Shown here: positions 13,201 to 26,100 of the stretch, one piece after another
How positions within the stretch are numbered: position 1 is the stretch's first letter
How the letters are laid out: each line of letters opens with the position of its first letter
NCBI GenBank assembly: GCA_028534125.1
Contig: CM052817.1
Span: 77,812,001-77,876,000 of the forward strand
Direction: 5' to 3'
Origin: Lama glama
Taxonomy: Eukaryota
Length of the DNA stretch: 64,000 bases
The notes under the pieces: model-generated
Databases searched by the model: none
What the model was told of the DNA's origin: nothing
What the model saw: the letters and a program-made list of their open reading frames with translations, nothing else
Made by a program: the position numbers and the translations under genes

Positions 13201-16200
13201 ATTAATTAAGTATTTAATGGGTAGCCTTTGTGTGAGTGTGTCTTTTACAACTTAAACCAAATAAATATTTTCATTGTACATTTATGAGAGGAAACTAACA
13301 GTTCTCTCTGTCGTTTGTAGAAATGACTTTTGCCATGGAACTCTTCATGAAGCTATCGTCTGATTTTTTTTCCCTAGCCCATTCTACTTATGCTAGCTAT
13401 ACATTATACATGCTCCATCTAAAAATGTTGGATAAACGCCTTATTTCAGTTCTGGTGATTAAATTTACTGAAAGTAACTGTGTTAACTTTTGTTAATTCT
13501 AAAGAACTAAAATTCTCTAGTATTATATCCAAAAAGACATTGATTCTGTGAGTATACCAAAGTCAGTGTCTGTCTTTGTTGAACATAACTTTTCACAAAC
13601 CCTGTTTATTGAGTGATATCTCCAACCAATCATATTTTTCCAGAAATGCACAGTGTCTAATTATATGCAACTGGATATAATCTTCTGAAGTGCTTATTTG
13701 GATAATTCTCTGTTTGAAAATAAAATTTCTCCCAATATAACCAAGGTTTCCCTTTTATTTAATTTGAAAATAGTTGAAAACATAAAGCACTGGATGTCGC
13801 ATATTTGAACAGATTTCCTACTGGGATCTCAGAGCTTAAATACTGTTACCAGGATTACAGATGGTCAGTCTATATGACAAAGCCGATCAAATTACTGATT
13901 TCTTAATGGACATATGGCAAAGGGGCCTGACAGAAGCTCAGTTTTCAAGTTGTGTGTGTGTGTGTATATGTGTAACTGCTGAAGAACAAAGGTCTTTTAC
14001 TCTGGAAGGCAAAAATAATTGTGTTGTTGCCTAGGCCATATTTATCAGTATAATACTGAAGAATAACTCTTAAGTTTTGGAATTATGCATGAAAATAATA
14101 CTTTATCAAACCAAAACAAAACAAAAACATTGTAAGGGTCTTGTTTTATACCTAAAGTGTGGTCTAAGTTTTCTATAAAAAACAAAAATAAAGCAATGGT
14201 GAGCACTTGAAATAGCTGAAGGATCATTCTATTGGTAAGAAAATTTGGAATTTAATATTAATGTTTATGCTTTGAAAATGGAAAAATTGTATTCTTTATT
14301 AATGATAGCTAATTTGAAATAAAAATAATAATTTTAATTTATAAGAATACTCTGTTTTATAATCTCCTGTTTCCTATTTGTCTTTTTAAAAACATACAAT
14401 TCTTTATTCAACTTGAACTCATCTCTTCTGAGAAATGAATGAAAGAGTTTCAAAGAATTGTTAGTTGCAGAGCAGCCCTTGAATTAGTTGTGCTCCTTTG
14501 CTGTATCTGCGCAGGACTCAATTGTTTCATTAGCTCCCGGAGCCAGTTGAGCTTCTAGAAAGCCTCAACTGTTTTCTGTTAAAACTATTTTGAAAATAAA
14601 AGTACTTTGTTAGCTGACAAATCTCAATCATTTATCATGAGAACAGTGAGAGATAAGGGACCTTTTTCCCTCTGTTCCTTCTGACCTAAGGTACAGTAAG
14701 TAAGCAAAACAAATTTCCAGTCTAATTTTTGGTGGAACTTGTCCCAGCATACAAGATATTTTGAGAAGGAAATGAGTTGGCTCTTGCCTGGAGGCTGGAT
14801 GTGGGTAAACCATCTATCTCCTCTGGAGATGGAAGACAGCCACGCACTTGGCAGGGAGAGCTCAGTCAACTGACAGAGCAGGCAACTGACAGAGCAGGAG
14901 AAGTGCATCTGGTGTATTATTAAGTATCGAGATGACAAACGGAGGTCATAATTAAGCTTGTACTTAACAGCTCATTGCTTTGAGTAATAAAAACTATGAC
15001 TTTCTGAAAGCACCCTCCTATCTTTTTTCTCATGTCCTCACAGAGAAATTTAATGATGTCAGAGTTGTCATCACCAGGAAAATTTATCAGTCCTCTCCTT
15101 AATTAAAACCTTCCCTCTAGTCTTCACATTAACATTTTTATGTTTTCCATCTTTAAAAATTACTTCAGTTGCTCTTTGGAGACAAATCACTATCTAAATC
15201 CCCGAATACAAATAAATAAGTGAGCCTAATTACATATTGTAAGGCAGTTACTTCATTTATATATAGCTGTTCACAAGGAGCAAGAAAATTATTAGAGAAA
15301 CTGCATATGAATACTGCATTTTGATAGATAAAAACACTAAAATGAGTTATGCAGTGAAATGACATAGTATGCTGTAAAATCTGTATTACATGTGTCATCA
15401 AATATCTTTGCATAAAGATTGAGTTGTTTCTGTTAGAGGTGAAAGAAGAAAAAGGAGCGTACTTAGATAATTAGAAATAATATTTTCACAAAGCTAATGT
15501 GTCCTAATTTATTTTAAAAAAGTGAGATTTGCATCAAGGTTAAATAATGAAGATTCGAATTCCTCATTCAAGGAAAATAAGTTGTATAACTTTGATTAAG
15601 TAAGAAATCAACACACATTAAAAAAAAATAGTAGCTGTCAGAGGGTGATTTTAATATGGCAATTAGTCCCTGACCAAGTGCACAGTCAAAAACTGTGAGT
15701 TCTGTGAATTTACTGTATGTAAATTTCTCATGAGTTTTCAGGGAAGCGTTTTTGATCTATGTATACTATAGATGACCAGGCATTGGACAACAGACATATC
15801 AGGGCTGTGGACCTCACATTTCTGAACAATCCAGTAGGCAAACAAATCCAGTGTTTAATATGGTTATTTTTGCTATTATTATTACTGTCTTGTTGTTGTT
15901 ATTACTGTTTAGTTGAAGTCTAGTAAAGCTGCTCTTTCTGTAGTCAGGTAATTAATTTGCTGTGGAACAGTGCCAATTGAGTGAGCATGTGTTGCAGAAG
16001 ACTGAATAGAGTCTTCTCCCCTGCTTATTTCTAGTCCTCAAACATGGAGAGCAGGTGTTGGGAAGAGCACTAGTTTCACTTGCTGAGTGTCTGTATCTTC
16101 TACCAAGAGTCAAAAGAGCTGTAAGAGAAATGCATTTGCCTGGACATGGAGGTGAAAATATTCTCTATCATTTACACTTCTCATTTTTCCCTTCCTTTTT

Positions 16201-16429
16201 ATTTTTTAAAAATAATCCCCACCATTGTTGAAAAGTTTCCTGGTAGGTAAAGAATACCCAAAAGACCCCTACAAATCTGTAAGGGGGGATTTTCTTAATT
16301 TAAGTATAATGGACTTGTATGAACATGTGAGTGAGAAGGTGGAATCTAGACTATTCTCCCATCTCACATGGATTATATCCGCTCCCTCTTGCTTTCCACT
16401 GCATATGTTTTGCTTATGGATATGAATCA

Positions 16430-16665
16430 GTTTAAGAGCAAAGATTTTGGAAAAGTTCTGGGTTTAAATACTGGCTTCTATCCTTATAGGTCATGTGACT
16501 CTGGACAGGTCAGTTATACTTTCTGGGCTTTAGTTACCTCATGTGTAAAAATATAGGGTCATGATAATGCCTACTTCAGAGGCATATTGAGATGAGTAAA
16601 TGAGATAATGCAGGTAAGGAATTTAGAGTGTCAGGCATATATTAACTCTTAATAAGTGATATTTA
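16430..16665 (+). mobile_element. MIR SINE
   Basis: ctgggtttaaatactggcttcta...tgtgactctggacagg...ctcatgtgtaaaaat...taaatgagataatg core. Confidence 0.75.
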
Positions 16666-17699
16666 TAGTGCTTGGACAGCATGAAAAGAATTTCCCATTA
16701 CCAAGGAAAGGAAAATTATTTTTTACAAAGTCATTCATTCTGCCAATTAACTGTTTATGAAAAAGATAAAATATAATAATGGATCCTCAAGGATGGTAGG
16801 AAATGAACTTCTTTGGGGGCACTCATATTTTGTGTCAGAAGAGAACAGAATTGTCAGCAACCTGGTCAAATACATAGCTAAAGGAACAGCTTTGGGGGCA
16901 CACTGTGGCCACTCCTGATATTTTAGAAATTTAACTCCCATTAAGCTTGTGGCATGGTCTTTGATCTACCATAAAAGTTTAAGGCTGTCCTGTGAGCCAG
17001 GTTAAGAGATCTGAGCTCAAGCTTCTTCTTCATTGGGATTGAGCTCTTGATGGCTTGGCTTTTAGGGCTAGGATGGACCACTTGAGTTTTTCAGAGATGC
17101 CCTGGGGCACCTCGCTGAAGGGTATTATTTGGTAGCTGTCCCCATTAGCATAACAAATCCCAAAGTGAGTCATTTTATTCCACTATTTTTCCAAAGCCAA
17201 ATCTAGCTAATTGCTAATTGACTAAAATTGACTGCCTCTTCAAGCCTGCCAAATTTGCCTGCTTTGTTCTCTCTTTCATCCCTGACCTCCTTTTGTCCCA
17301 CCTCTTCTACCTTTCTGCTCCTGGCCTGTAAGACTGCACTAGGTCTCCTGGCCTGAGCATTTAGGTTTGATCCTCTCTGTCGTAGCTTTTGCCTAAACTT
17401 GTAAAGATTCTGACATAAAGTTCAAGTGCCACAAAAGGTAGCTCATTTCCTGCTCACCTGCCCTAATGATGATCCAATATTATACTTCATCTCTCTCTCT
17501 CTCTCTCTCATACCTTGACAATCTTCCTCCTCTAGTACCTGGCACAGGTTTAACCTTTCTTAAACTGCCACCTTACCAATTGCGCACCTAGAACAGACTT
17601 GCTCGATGAGGCTGGGACAAATACACAATCACAACTGTCTATTCATGATACACAATTTATAATTACAAGGCAAAGACATTAAATTTGTGACAACAAATC

Positions 17700-18845
17700 T
17701 CAAAGGAACACTGAAACCCAGCAATCCAGTAACATTTTCTTTGTCAAATATCATCCTTCTCCCCAAACATCCAAATCCTATCCGCTTTTCTTACTCTTAT
17801 CTGTTTACTCTTATTTATTTCATAAATAAAATAGAAGAAAACATAAGAAGACCACCTTATGTTTCCACTGCCAAATTACCAACTTACCTAATATACATAG
17901 TCCACTATTTCTTCTGGTCTTCACAGAGGACAGAGGCCAGCCTTTAAATTTGTGCAGCTTATCATCTCACATTCCACCATTCAAGAATTTTTCTCCTGTA
18001 GCTATTTTCTCTTCTGCATCATCAGTTTTTCTTTATTATATCATTTCCACCAGCATACAAATATCTCCCATATTTTAGTAGAAGTCCTTCTCAACACTAC
18101 ATTCCCTCCCAGCTATCACTGAAATGGGTTGCCTCCTTATAATGATATTTCTCATAACAGTTTTCTATGCTCACTGTCCTCACTTTTTCAATTCCATTCT
18201 CTTCTAATCCACCTCCAGTGAGTTTTGACTCATCTCTGCACTGAATCTGACCTTGTCAAAGATTTCCATATAGCCAGCCCAGTTCTCAGTCCTCATCTAA
18301 CGTGATTTCTCAGGAACTCTTGATGCATTTGCCCACTCCTTTTTGGGACTACTTTCTTACTTCACACCCAGGGCAGCAGAATTTTCCGGGTTTTCTCCCC
18401 TTTTCCATGGATGGTCTGTTTCAATTTCTTCTTCATCTTGTCAGTTTCCACTTTTTGGAATGCTTCAGGATGCTGTCCTCAACTGTCTGCTCTTCTCTAT
18501 GCTTTCTTCCAAGGTCGTTCTAATTTTTTTTAGATGGTAGGTGTACAAGTTTTATTGTATATTTTTCTTTTTCTTTTTTTTGTAGAATTATTACAGTTCG
18601 ACTGCACATATGCATTCTATTGCATGTAAATACATATATACAGTATACTGCACAATTTTTTAGTTTACATATATGTACTAATTATTATTTCTAAGAACAG
18701 ATTAGATCTTTAGCTTTTTAAACTTACATAGTTATCAAAGGAATTTTTTGACTCACAACTGGATGTTTTTCTTTTTGGTCTCTGAACTCCAAACTCAACT
18801 GCCTCAACATATCTATTTGACTGCATAATTATATAAAATTAATAA
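17700..18845 (+). mobile_element. L2 LINE fragment (degraded), interrupted at ~18522-18749
   Basis: Pyrimidine-rich L2-like motifs (ctgcactgaatctgaccttgtcaaag, ccagttctcagtcctcatct, tctgaactccaaactc). Confidence 0.65.
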
Positions 18846-18853
18846 TCCCCCCC

Positions 18854-18953
18854 NNNNNNNNNNNNNNNNNNNNNNNNNNNNNNNNNNNNNNNNNNNNNNN
18901 NNNNNNNNNNNNNNNNNNNNNNNNNNNNNNNNNNNNNNNNNNNNNNNNNNNNN
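18854..18953. other. Assembly gap (100 N)
   Basis: Run of N. Confidence 1.
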
Positions 18954-19329
18954 AAAAAGAAAAAAAATCTTGTTTCTACTTTAGAGATTTGCATTTGCTA
19001 TTCTTTCTGCTTAGGATTTACTTTGCCTAGATCTTCACATGGAATACCATCAATAGCATCTTCTCATTCTTTAAATCTGTATTTAAATGTTGTAGTCATT
19101 TTTAAAAGTAGAAGTATGTGATCTGTTTAGGGTCAGTATGTTTCATCTCCCTCAAATATATTTTTAAAATTCATTGCCATTTTAAAAGAGACTCTTCATG
19201 CGATGATAAAGTGTCAACACTTCCACATAAAGGATCTTTCCACTGTGAAGTTCTGAATTTAAGACTATGTCATTTCCCAGTTTTCAAAAAAATAAGCAAG
19301 AATATCTTAAACATTTCAGGCAATTGATT

Positions 19330-21822
19330 GGGTTCAAGATGGTAGTGTAGGAAGATCTTGAACTCATCTCCTCCCACAGATACAGCAAATCTACAGTTGC
19401 ATATGAAACAGCTCCCTCTGAAAAGAACTTGAGAACTAGCTGAACAGCTACTTCATAACAAAGGATAAAAAAGTCACATCAACATAGGTTAGAAGAAGAT
19501 ATGCAGTCTCACCAAAAATCCTACCCCTGGCATGGAGACCCACAAATAGGAGGAATCTCACAATTGCAAAATTCTTCTGGAAGAGTGAGAGATTGTTCTC
19601 CACATGAGGCACCCCAGCCCTCCACACCTGTACCACAGAGACAAACCTTCAAAACATCTGGCTTTGAAAACCAACGAGGCTTACATCCTGAGGAACCATA
19701 GGGCTGTAGGGACTAGAGATTCTGCTCCTAAGGGACTCACAGGCAGATTCACTTACCTGGGATTCAGTTTAACAGCAGCAGTTTTTAAAGAGCCTAGACC
19801 ATATGTGGAGGAGATTCATTTGCTAATCTTAAAACATCTACTAGAAGAACAAAAGCTTGTTGGAACTCTCTCTAGGGATGGAGGCACTAGCTGGTGCCAT
19901 TTTTGTACTCTCACTTTAACTTGCTAGCACCCATAGCTTTATGCTGCTGCCACAGCCTGCCAAAGGCAGTGGGCAAACATCCCACCCCACCTACACCACT
20001 GCCACAGCCCTGTCAGAGGTGGTGGGTGAGCACCCCATCCCCTGTGTTGCTGCCACAACCTTATTGGAGATGGTAGGCAAGTGCCCCACCCTTCTGTGTA
20101 TGTTCCTATTGCTTCACTGGAGGTGGCAGGTGGATATTCTGCTTCCCCCACAGACCCCAAAGCCACTGGGCAAACACAGCATACACAAGGGATGCCCCTT
20201 GAGTGCCAGGCTCTGGTGGCTGGGGGGATTGCATTTCTGATCCATGGGTCTGAAACAGAGAGACACTTTGAGAGACAAACAAGAATGTGGGCAAGGTTAA
20301 ACAATAAGGCTCATTGCCTACATGGAGCCACACCTTCAAGACTGGGAGAGGTAGTGGTTTTATCTAACACATAGAGAGAAACACAAAGAGTCAGACAAAA
20401 TGAGAAGTATAGAAGAATGTGTTCCAAATGACAGAACAAGATCAATCCCCAGGGGAAAAAAAACTTAATGAAATAGGGAGATATCTTTACCTGATAAATA
20501 ATTCTAAGTAACAATCATAAAGATGCTCACTGAACTTAGGAGGAAATTGGATGAACAAGAACTTCAACAAAGAGATAGAAAATATAAGTACCAAACAGAA
20601 GTCACAAAACTGAAGAATACAATAACTGAACTGAAAAATACACTAGAGGGGTTCAACAGTGGGCTTAGGTAAAGTAGAAGGAAAAAAAAGTAGTGATCTG
20701 GAAGACAGTGCAGTGGAATTTACTTAAACAGAGCAACAAAAAGAAAAAAAGAATTTAAGAAAGTAAAAATTGCTTAAGGGCCCTATGGGACAACATCAAG
20801 GAAGATAATATTCATATGGGGTTCCACAGTAAGAAGAGACAAGGAGCAGGGCAGAAAACTTACTTGAAGCGATAACAGCTGAAAACTTCCCTAACCTGGG
20901 TAAGGAGACAGATATCCATATATAGGAAGCCCAGAGAATTCCAGACAGGAGGGATCAAAAACAAAACAAGACAAAACAAATCAAAAAAACCCCACACCAA
21001 GTCACATATAATTAAAATGCCAAAAGTTAAAAAGAGAATCTTAAATGCAGCAAGAGAAAACTTGTTATGTATAAGGGAACCTCCATAAGACTAACAGCAG
21101 ATTTCTCAGTTGAAACCTTGCAGATTAGAAGTGAGTGGCATGATATATGCAAAATGGTTAAAGGGAAAATCTTCCAACTAAAAATACTTTACATGTTACC
21201 ATTTAGAATTAAAGGGGAGAGCAAGAGTTTTCTAGCTCAGCAAAAGCTAAGGGAATTAATCTACAGTAAACTGACCCTGCAAGAAATGTTAAAGGATCTT
21301 CTTTAAGCTGAAAAGAAAGGGCACTAATTAGTAACTAGAAAACATATGACAGTAAAAATTTTCACTAGTAAAGGTAGATATGTAGTACAGGAAGTGGATT
21401 AATCACTTAGAAAGCAAATATAAAGATTAAAAGACAAAAATAGTGAAAATAATTATAACTATGATAATTAGTTAATTTAGCTAGGATACACAGAATTTTT
21501 TTTTAAATGTCAAATGTGACATCAAAAATGTAAATGGGGGGTTGTGAAAAATGCATACTTGTAGAATATGTTCAAATTTGCTATCAACTTAAAATAAATT
21601 GTTATATATATAGACTGTTGTATCTGAGCCTCATGGTAGCTATAAAGCAAAAACCTAGAATAGATACACAAAAGAAAGAGAAACTACAAAACAGCCAGAA
21701 AAAAAAATGGCAATAAGTACATACCTACCAATAATTATTTTAGATATAAATGGACTAAATTCTCTAATCAAAAGACTGAGTGGCTGAATGGATAAAAAAC
21801 AAGACCCATCTATATGCTGCCT
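19330..21822 (+). mobile_element. LINE-1 5' portion: 5'UTR, degraded ORF1, first ~100 bp of ORF2
   Basis: Starts with caagatgg typical of L1 5' ends; GC-richer 5'UTR with degenerate repeats; ORF1 motif YKGTSIRLTADFSVETLQIRSEWHDI; ORF2 start aatggactaaattctctaatcaaaagac...gacccatctatatgctgcct, then abrupt end. Confidence 0.9.
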
Positions 21823-22122
21823 TATTTGGTAAGAAAAAGAATCTCATCTATCTGGGCAGATTATGCAGAAGATAACAAACAACTACCTTCTCCTGAGAGC
21901 AGACTGAATATTCCTACACCAATTTGTCATTTTAATAGAGAGAAAACAACAGTGCTGTGTTAATGTAATATTTAGCAGTAAAGAATTCATAAAGTTTTTC
22001 TTTTTATCTTACAAATAAACTCATAAAAGCTGAGCCTACTCTGCAAACATCTCTTCAGACTCATTATTTGCAGTTATTATAAACTAAGACAAAGTTAATT
22101 TTCTGCAAACCTAAACATTCTG

Positions 22123-22195
22123 TCCTTCCTTCCATCCATCCTTCCTTACCCCCTCCCTCCCTCCTTTTCTTCCTTCCTTCCTTTCTTCTTTTTCA
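22123..22195. repeat. CT-rich low-complexity tract (ccttc/cctc)
   Basis: Direct reading. Confidence 0.8.
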
Positions 22196-22199
22196 CAGC

Positions 22200-23840
22200 C
22201 TTCCCCCATTTCTCCAGCCATACTACCCCCACACTTTGGCAACCACCAATCTGTTTTCTGTACCTATGAACTTGGTTTTTATTTTTAAATTTTTATTATA
22301 CTTTTTAGATTCTACATGTAAGAGAGGTCATATGATATTTGTTTGTCTTTCTCTGCCTTATTTTGCTCAGCACAATGGCTTCAGGCTTCATCTGTGTATC
22401 AAAAATGGCACGGTTTTATTCTTTTCATGACTGAATAATATTCCATTATATATGTATCATATCTTCTTTAGCCATGTGTCCATCTGTAGACACTTAGATT
22501 GCTTCTTTATCTTAGCTGTTGTAAATAATGCTGCAGTGAACATGGGGATGCAGATAATGTTTTTGAATTAGTGTTTCTGTTTCCTTCAAGTAAATACCCA
22601 GAAATAGAATTGGTGGATTATATGATAGTTCTACTTTCAATTTTTGAGGAATGTCCATACTGTTCTCCATAGTGGCTGCACCAATTTACATTCCCCCAAC
22701 AGTGCACAAGGGTTCTCTTTTCCCCACATTTCTGACAACACTTGTTATTTCTTGTACTTTTGAAAATAGCTGTTCTGGCAGGTGTGAGGTGATACCTCGT
22801 TGCAGTTTTGATTTTCATTTTCCATTTGATTTACATTGATGATTAGTGATGTTGAGCACCTTTTCACATACCTGTTGGCCATCTGTCTTTTTCTGGGGAT
22901 GGGGAATGTCTGTTCAGTTCTTCTGCCCATTTTTTAACTGGATTGCTTGTTTTTTCTTGCTATTGGATTATATGAATTATATATATATGTGTATATATAC
23001 ATATATATATTTGATATTAACCCTTTATCAGATATATGGTTTGAAAATATTTCCTCCCATTGTGTAGATTGCCTTTTCATTTTTTTCATGATTTTGTTTG
23101 CTGTGCAGAATTTTTTAATTTGCTGTAGTCCTACTTGTGTATTTTCGCTTTTGATACCTTTGCTTTTGGTGTCAAATCCAAAAAATCATCACAGAAACCG
23201 ATGTCAAGGAGCTTACTGTCTATTTTTCCTCCTAGGAGTTTTGAGGTCAGGTCATGATGTTCAAGTCTTTAATCTATTTTGTGTTAGTTTTTGTGTATGG
23301 TGTAAAATAGTGCTTGTGGCTGTCCAGTTTTCTCAGCACCATTTATTGAAGAGACTGTGCCTTCCCCATTGTATATTCTTGGCTCCTTTGTCATAAATGA
23401 ACTGACCATATATGTGGGGTTTATTTCTGGGCTCTCTATTCTGTTCCATTGATCTGTGTGTCTGTTTTCATGCCAATACTGTATTGTCTTGATTACTACA
23501 GCTTTGTAATTGAGTTTGAAATCAGGGAGCATGATGCCTCCAGCTTTATTCTTTCTCAAGATTATTTTGGCTCTTTGGGGTCTTTTGTGTTTCCACACAA
23601 ATTTTAGAATTTTTTGTTCCAATTCTGTGAAGAATGCCATTGTTATTTTTGATAGAGACTGCACTGAATCTGTAGAATGCTTTGGGTAGTATGGATACTT
23701 TAGCACTACTTATTGTTGAATTCCATGAGCATGGACTATCTTTCCATTTATTTGTGTCTACTTCAGTTTTTTCCTTACTGTCATATGGTTTTCAGTGTAC
23801 AGATCTTCCACCTCCTTAGTTAAATTTATTTCTAGGTATT
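22200..23840 (-). mobile_element. LINE-1 ORF2 3' part and part of the 3'UTR
   Basis: [73 protein letters not shown] is classic L1 ORF2. Confidence 0.93.
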
Positions 23841-24949
23841 AGTTAAATACAATTTTATATTTTTCCTATCAGATCAGTTAAGATTGTATGAAAACTTTAG
23901 GAGATTCAGGTTAATTGGTCTCTTCATGAGAAAGCACATCTAAGTTTTATTTAAAAGTTACATCTATGCTTTCTACTCCACATTCAAGGCTTAACAGAAA
24001 CATGGAAGCATTCTTAAGCCAAAATTATGAAAGCAATCTGATTTATCAAAAATTTTACCTTGATTACATAAACATTTTTTATAGAAAAATGTTGGTAAGG
24101 AAGGATTTTTACAAAATAGATTAGTAGAACTAAAGAATTAGAAGTTAGTTCCTTTATATGTAGGAATTCTAGGAATATTATATTTATGTAAACACTTGAA
24201 ATTTTCTATTAACAAATCATAATCTTTATTTTTAAGACCTTATATTAATTAATTTATAGAAATTAATTAATTAATGCCCATGGAGGTAGAAAACTATTTC
24301 ATGCTGATGAGAGATAAATAAAGAATGTTCTCAATTATAGATACAAAGGAGCTTATACCTGTAGTTCTATACTTTTAGAAACAGGTCAGAGGTTAGCACA
24401 GAAACACAATAGTGGTTAATATCTCAAAGTGGTTTTTTTTTTCCCCAATACAATTGAGACATATCCCTGTACTAAAAGACAAACAAAAAAAGTGAGGAAA
24501 AAGCACCACTTTGTTATCTTTCAGTGGCAGAGCTCATCACATGTTCGGACCATAAAACCGGATCTTCGATCTTTGTTGCCACCCATGGGGAATATTATTG
24601 ATTGTTCACAAATTAGAATCAAAACTAAACTCTGCCAAAAATCAAAAACAAAAGTAAAATCTTGAACCCAATAATAGCAGCAGCTCTACTCTTAATCACC
24701 TCTGCTGAGAGATTCCTGTTGACTATCAGGATTACTAGATAGTACGCCCAGAATATCATGCCTACCAGGTAGGGCATCCCATATTTTGGGATGGGGCCTG
24801 ACTAATTTATATACCTTTGGATATTGTGATTTATATTAATGACCATCCTCTTGAAATCTAGCAATATAGAAAAAAGGATGTGTAAATTTAAAGCAGGAAA
24901 GGGGGAAAAAAATTAATAAACTTGCTCAATCTAATACAATGTGATAGTG

Positions 24950-26100
24950 GGGTGGAAGGAACAGAGCAAAAAGTATCATCCATAGAACTTACAAAATAAG
25001 ATATAGAAATAAATCTTAATATATCAATATTTTAAATAACTTTAAATAGAATAAACTTTCCAATTAAAAGATGAAGACTATCAAAGTCTTTGCAATTGGA
25101 TTTTAGGAATATTGTTATATTCTGTTTATAAAGAATACCTAGAATATAAATATACCTAAAACATAATAACAGAGAAGAACTGAAAGAGAAAATAGTGGTA
25201 TCAGGCTATTACCAATGAAAAGGGAGCTTATGTGGCTATGTTAATATTGGGTAAAATACATATTAAGGTAGAATTTTTTTTAATAAAGCAGTGTAAGATG
25301 TAATGATATGTATCTCTATATTGGATTTATATATTTGAAATAGATACATCTAATATATATTATATTTTATACTTATATATAATATAATATATATTTATAT
25401 ATTAGATGGTTTATCTTAAACTTCTTTCTTCAGAAAAAATGTTTTCCTAAAGATATATTTTATCTGGTGTTAATATAGCCAATATTAATATCAATATAAA
25501 ATATATATTTAATATAGTAAAAAGTAGATGTTAATAGATATTACATACACAGTATTGATAATACTATTAATAATATAACAGTATTAGTACTATTAGTATG
25601 ATAGTAATATTAATAAGATATTACTATGCTATGTATATTAGATATATCTAATTATCCCTAACATATAAATGTATATATACATACATACACATGTATGCAT
25701 TAGAGTATGAAACTTGTATGAACCTAAGTATCCAGTATAAGACACTAGAAAAAAGCAAGAATGTACCAAAGAAAATAGAATGAAGGAAATGATCAAATTA
25801 AGGACAGAAATTAATATAGGCCAATTTCACTTAAACGTTAGAAACAAAAATGCTTAATGTCAAACCAAATAAAGCAGTGTAAAAATACATTGTACATTGT
25901 GTGTCTGTGTATAAATATATAAACATAATGTGAAAATGCTAAATGTTGGTAAGGTATGGAACAACTGGAACCCTCACATGCTGTTGCTTGGAATAGAAAT
26001 TAGTAAAACCACTTTGAAAAACTCTTATCAAACTTTAACAAATTCATAAATTGAAAATATATATCCAAATCATACGAAGTCTCAATACTATATTTAAGAA
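24950..26100 (+). mobile_element. Ancient LINE-1 remnants with an embedded AT-rich low-complexity tract (~25300-25700)
   Basis: Weak ORF2 endonuclease-like and C-terminal-like motifs (aaactttccaattaaaagatgaagac; caactggaaccctcacatgctgttgcttggaat). Confidence 0.5.

Noticed and set aside
19330..23840. Active full-length L1
   Set aside because: Multiple stops and frameshifts, middle of ORF2 missing, halves in opposite orientation.
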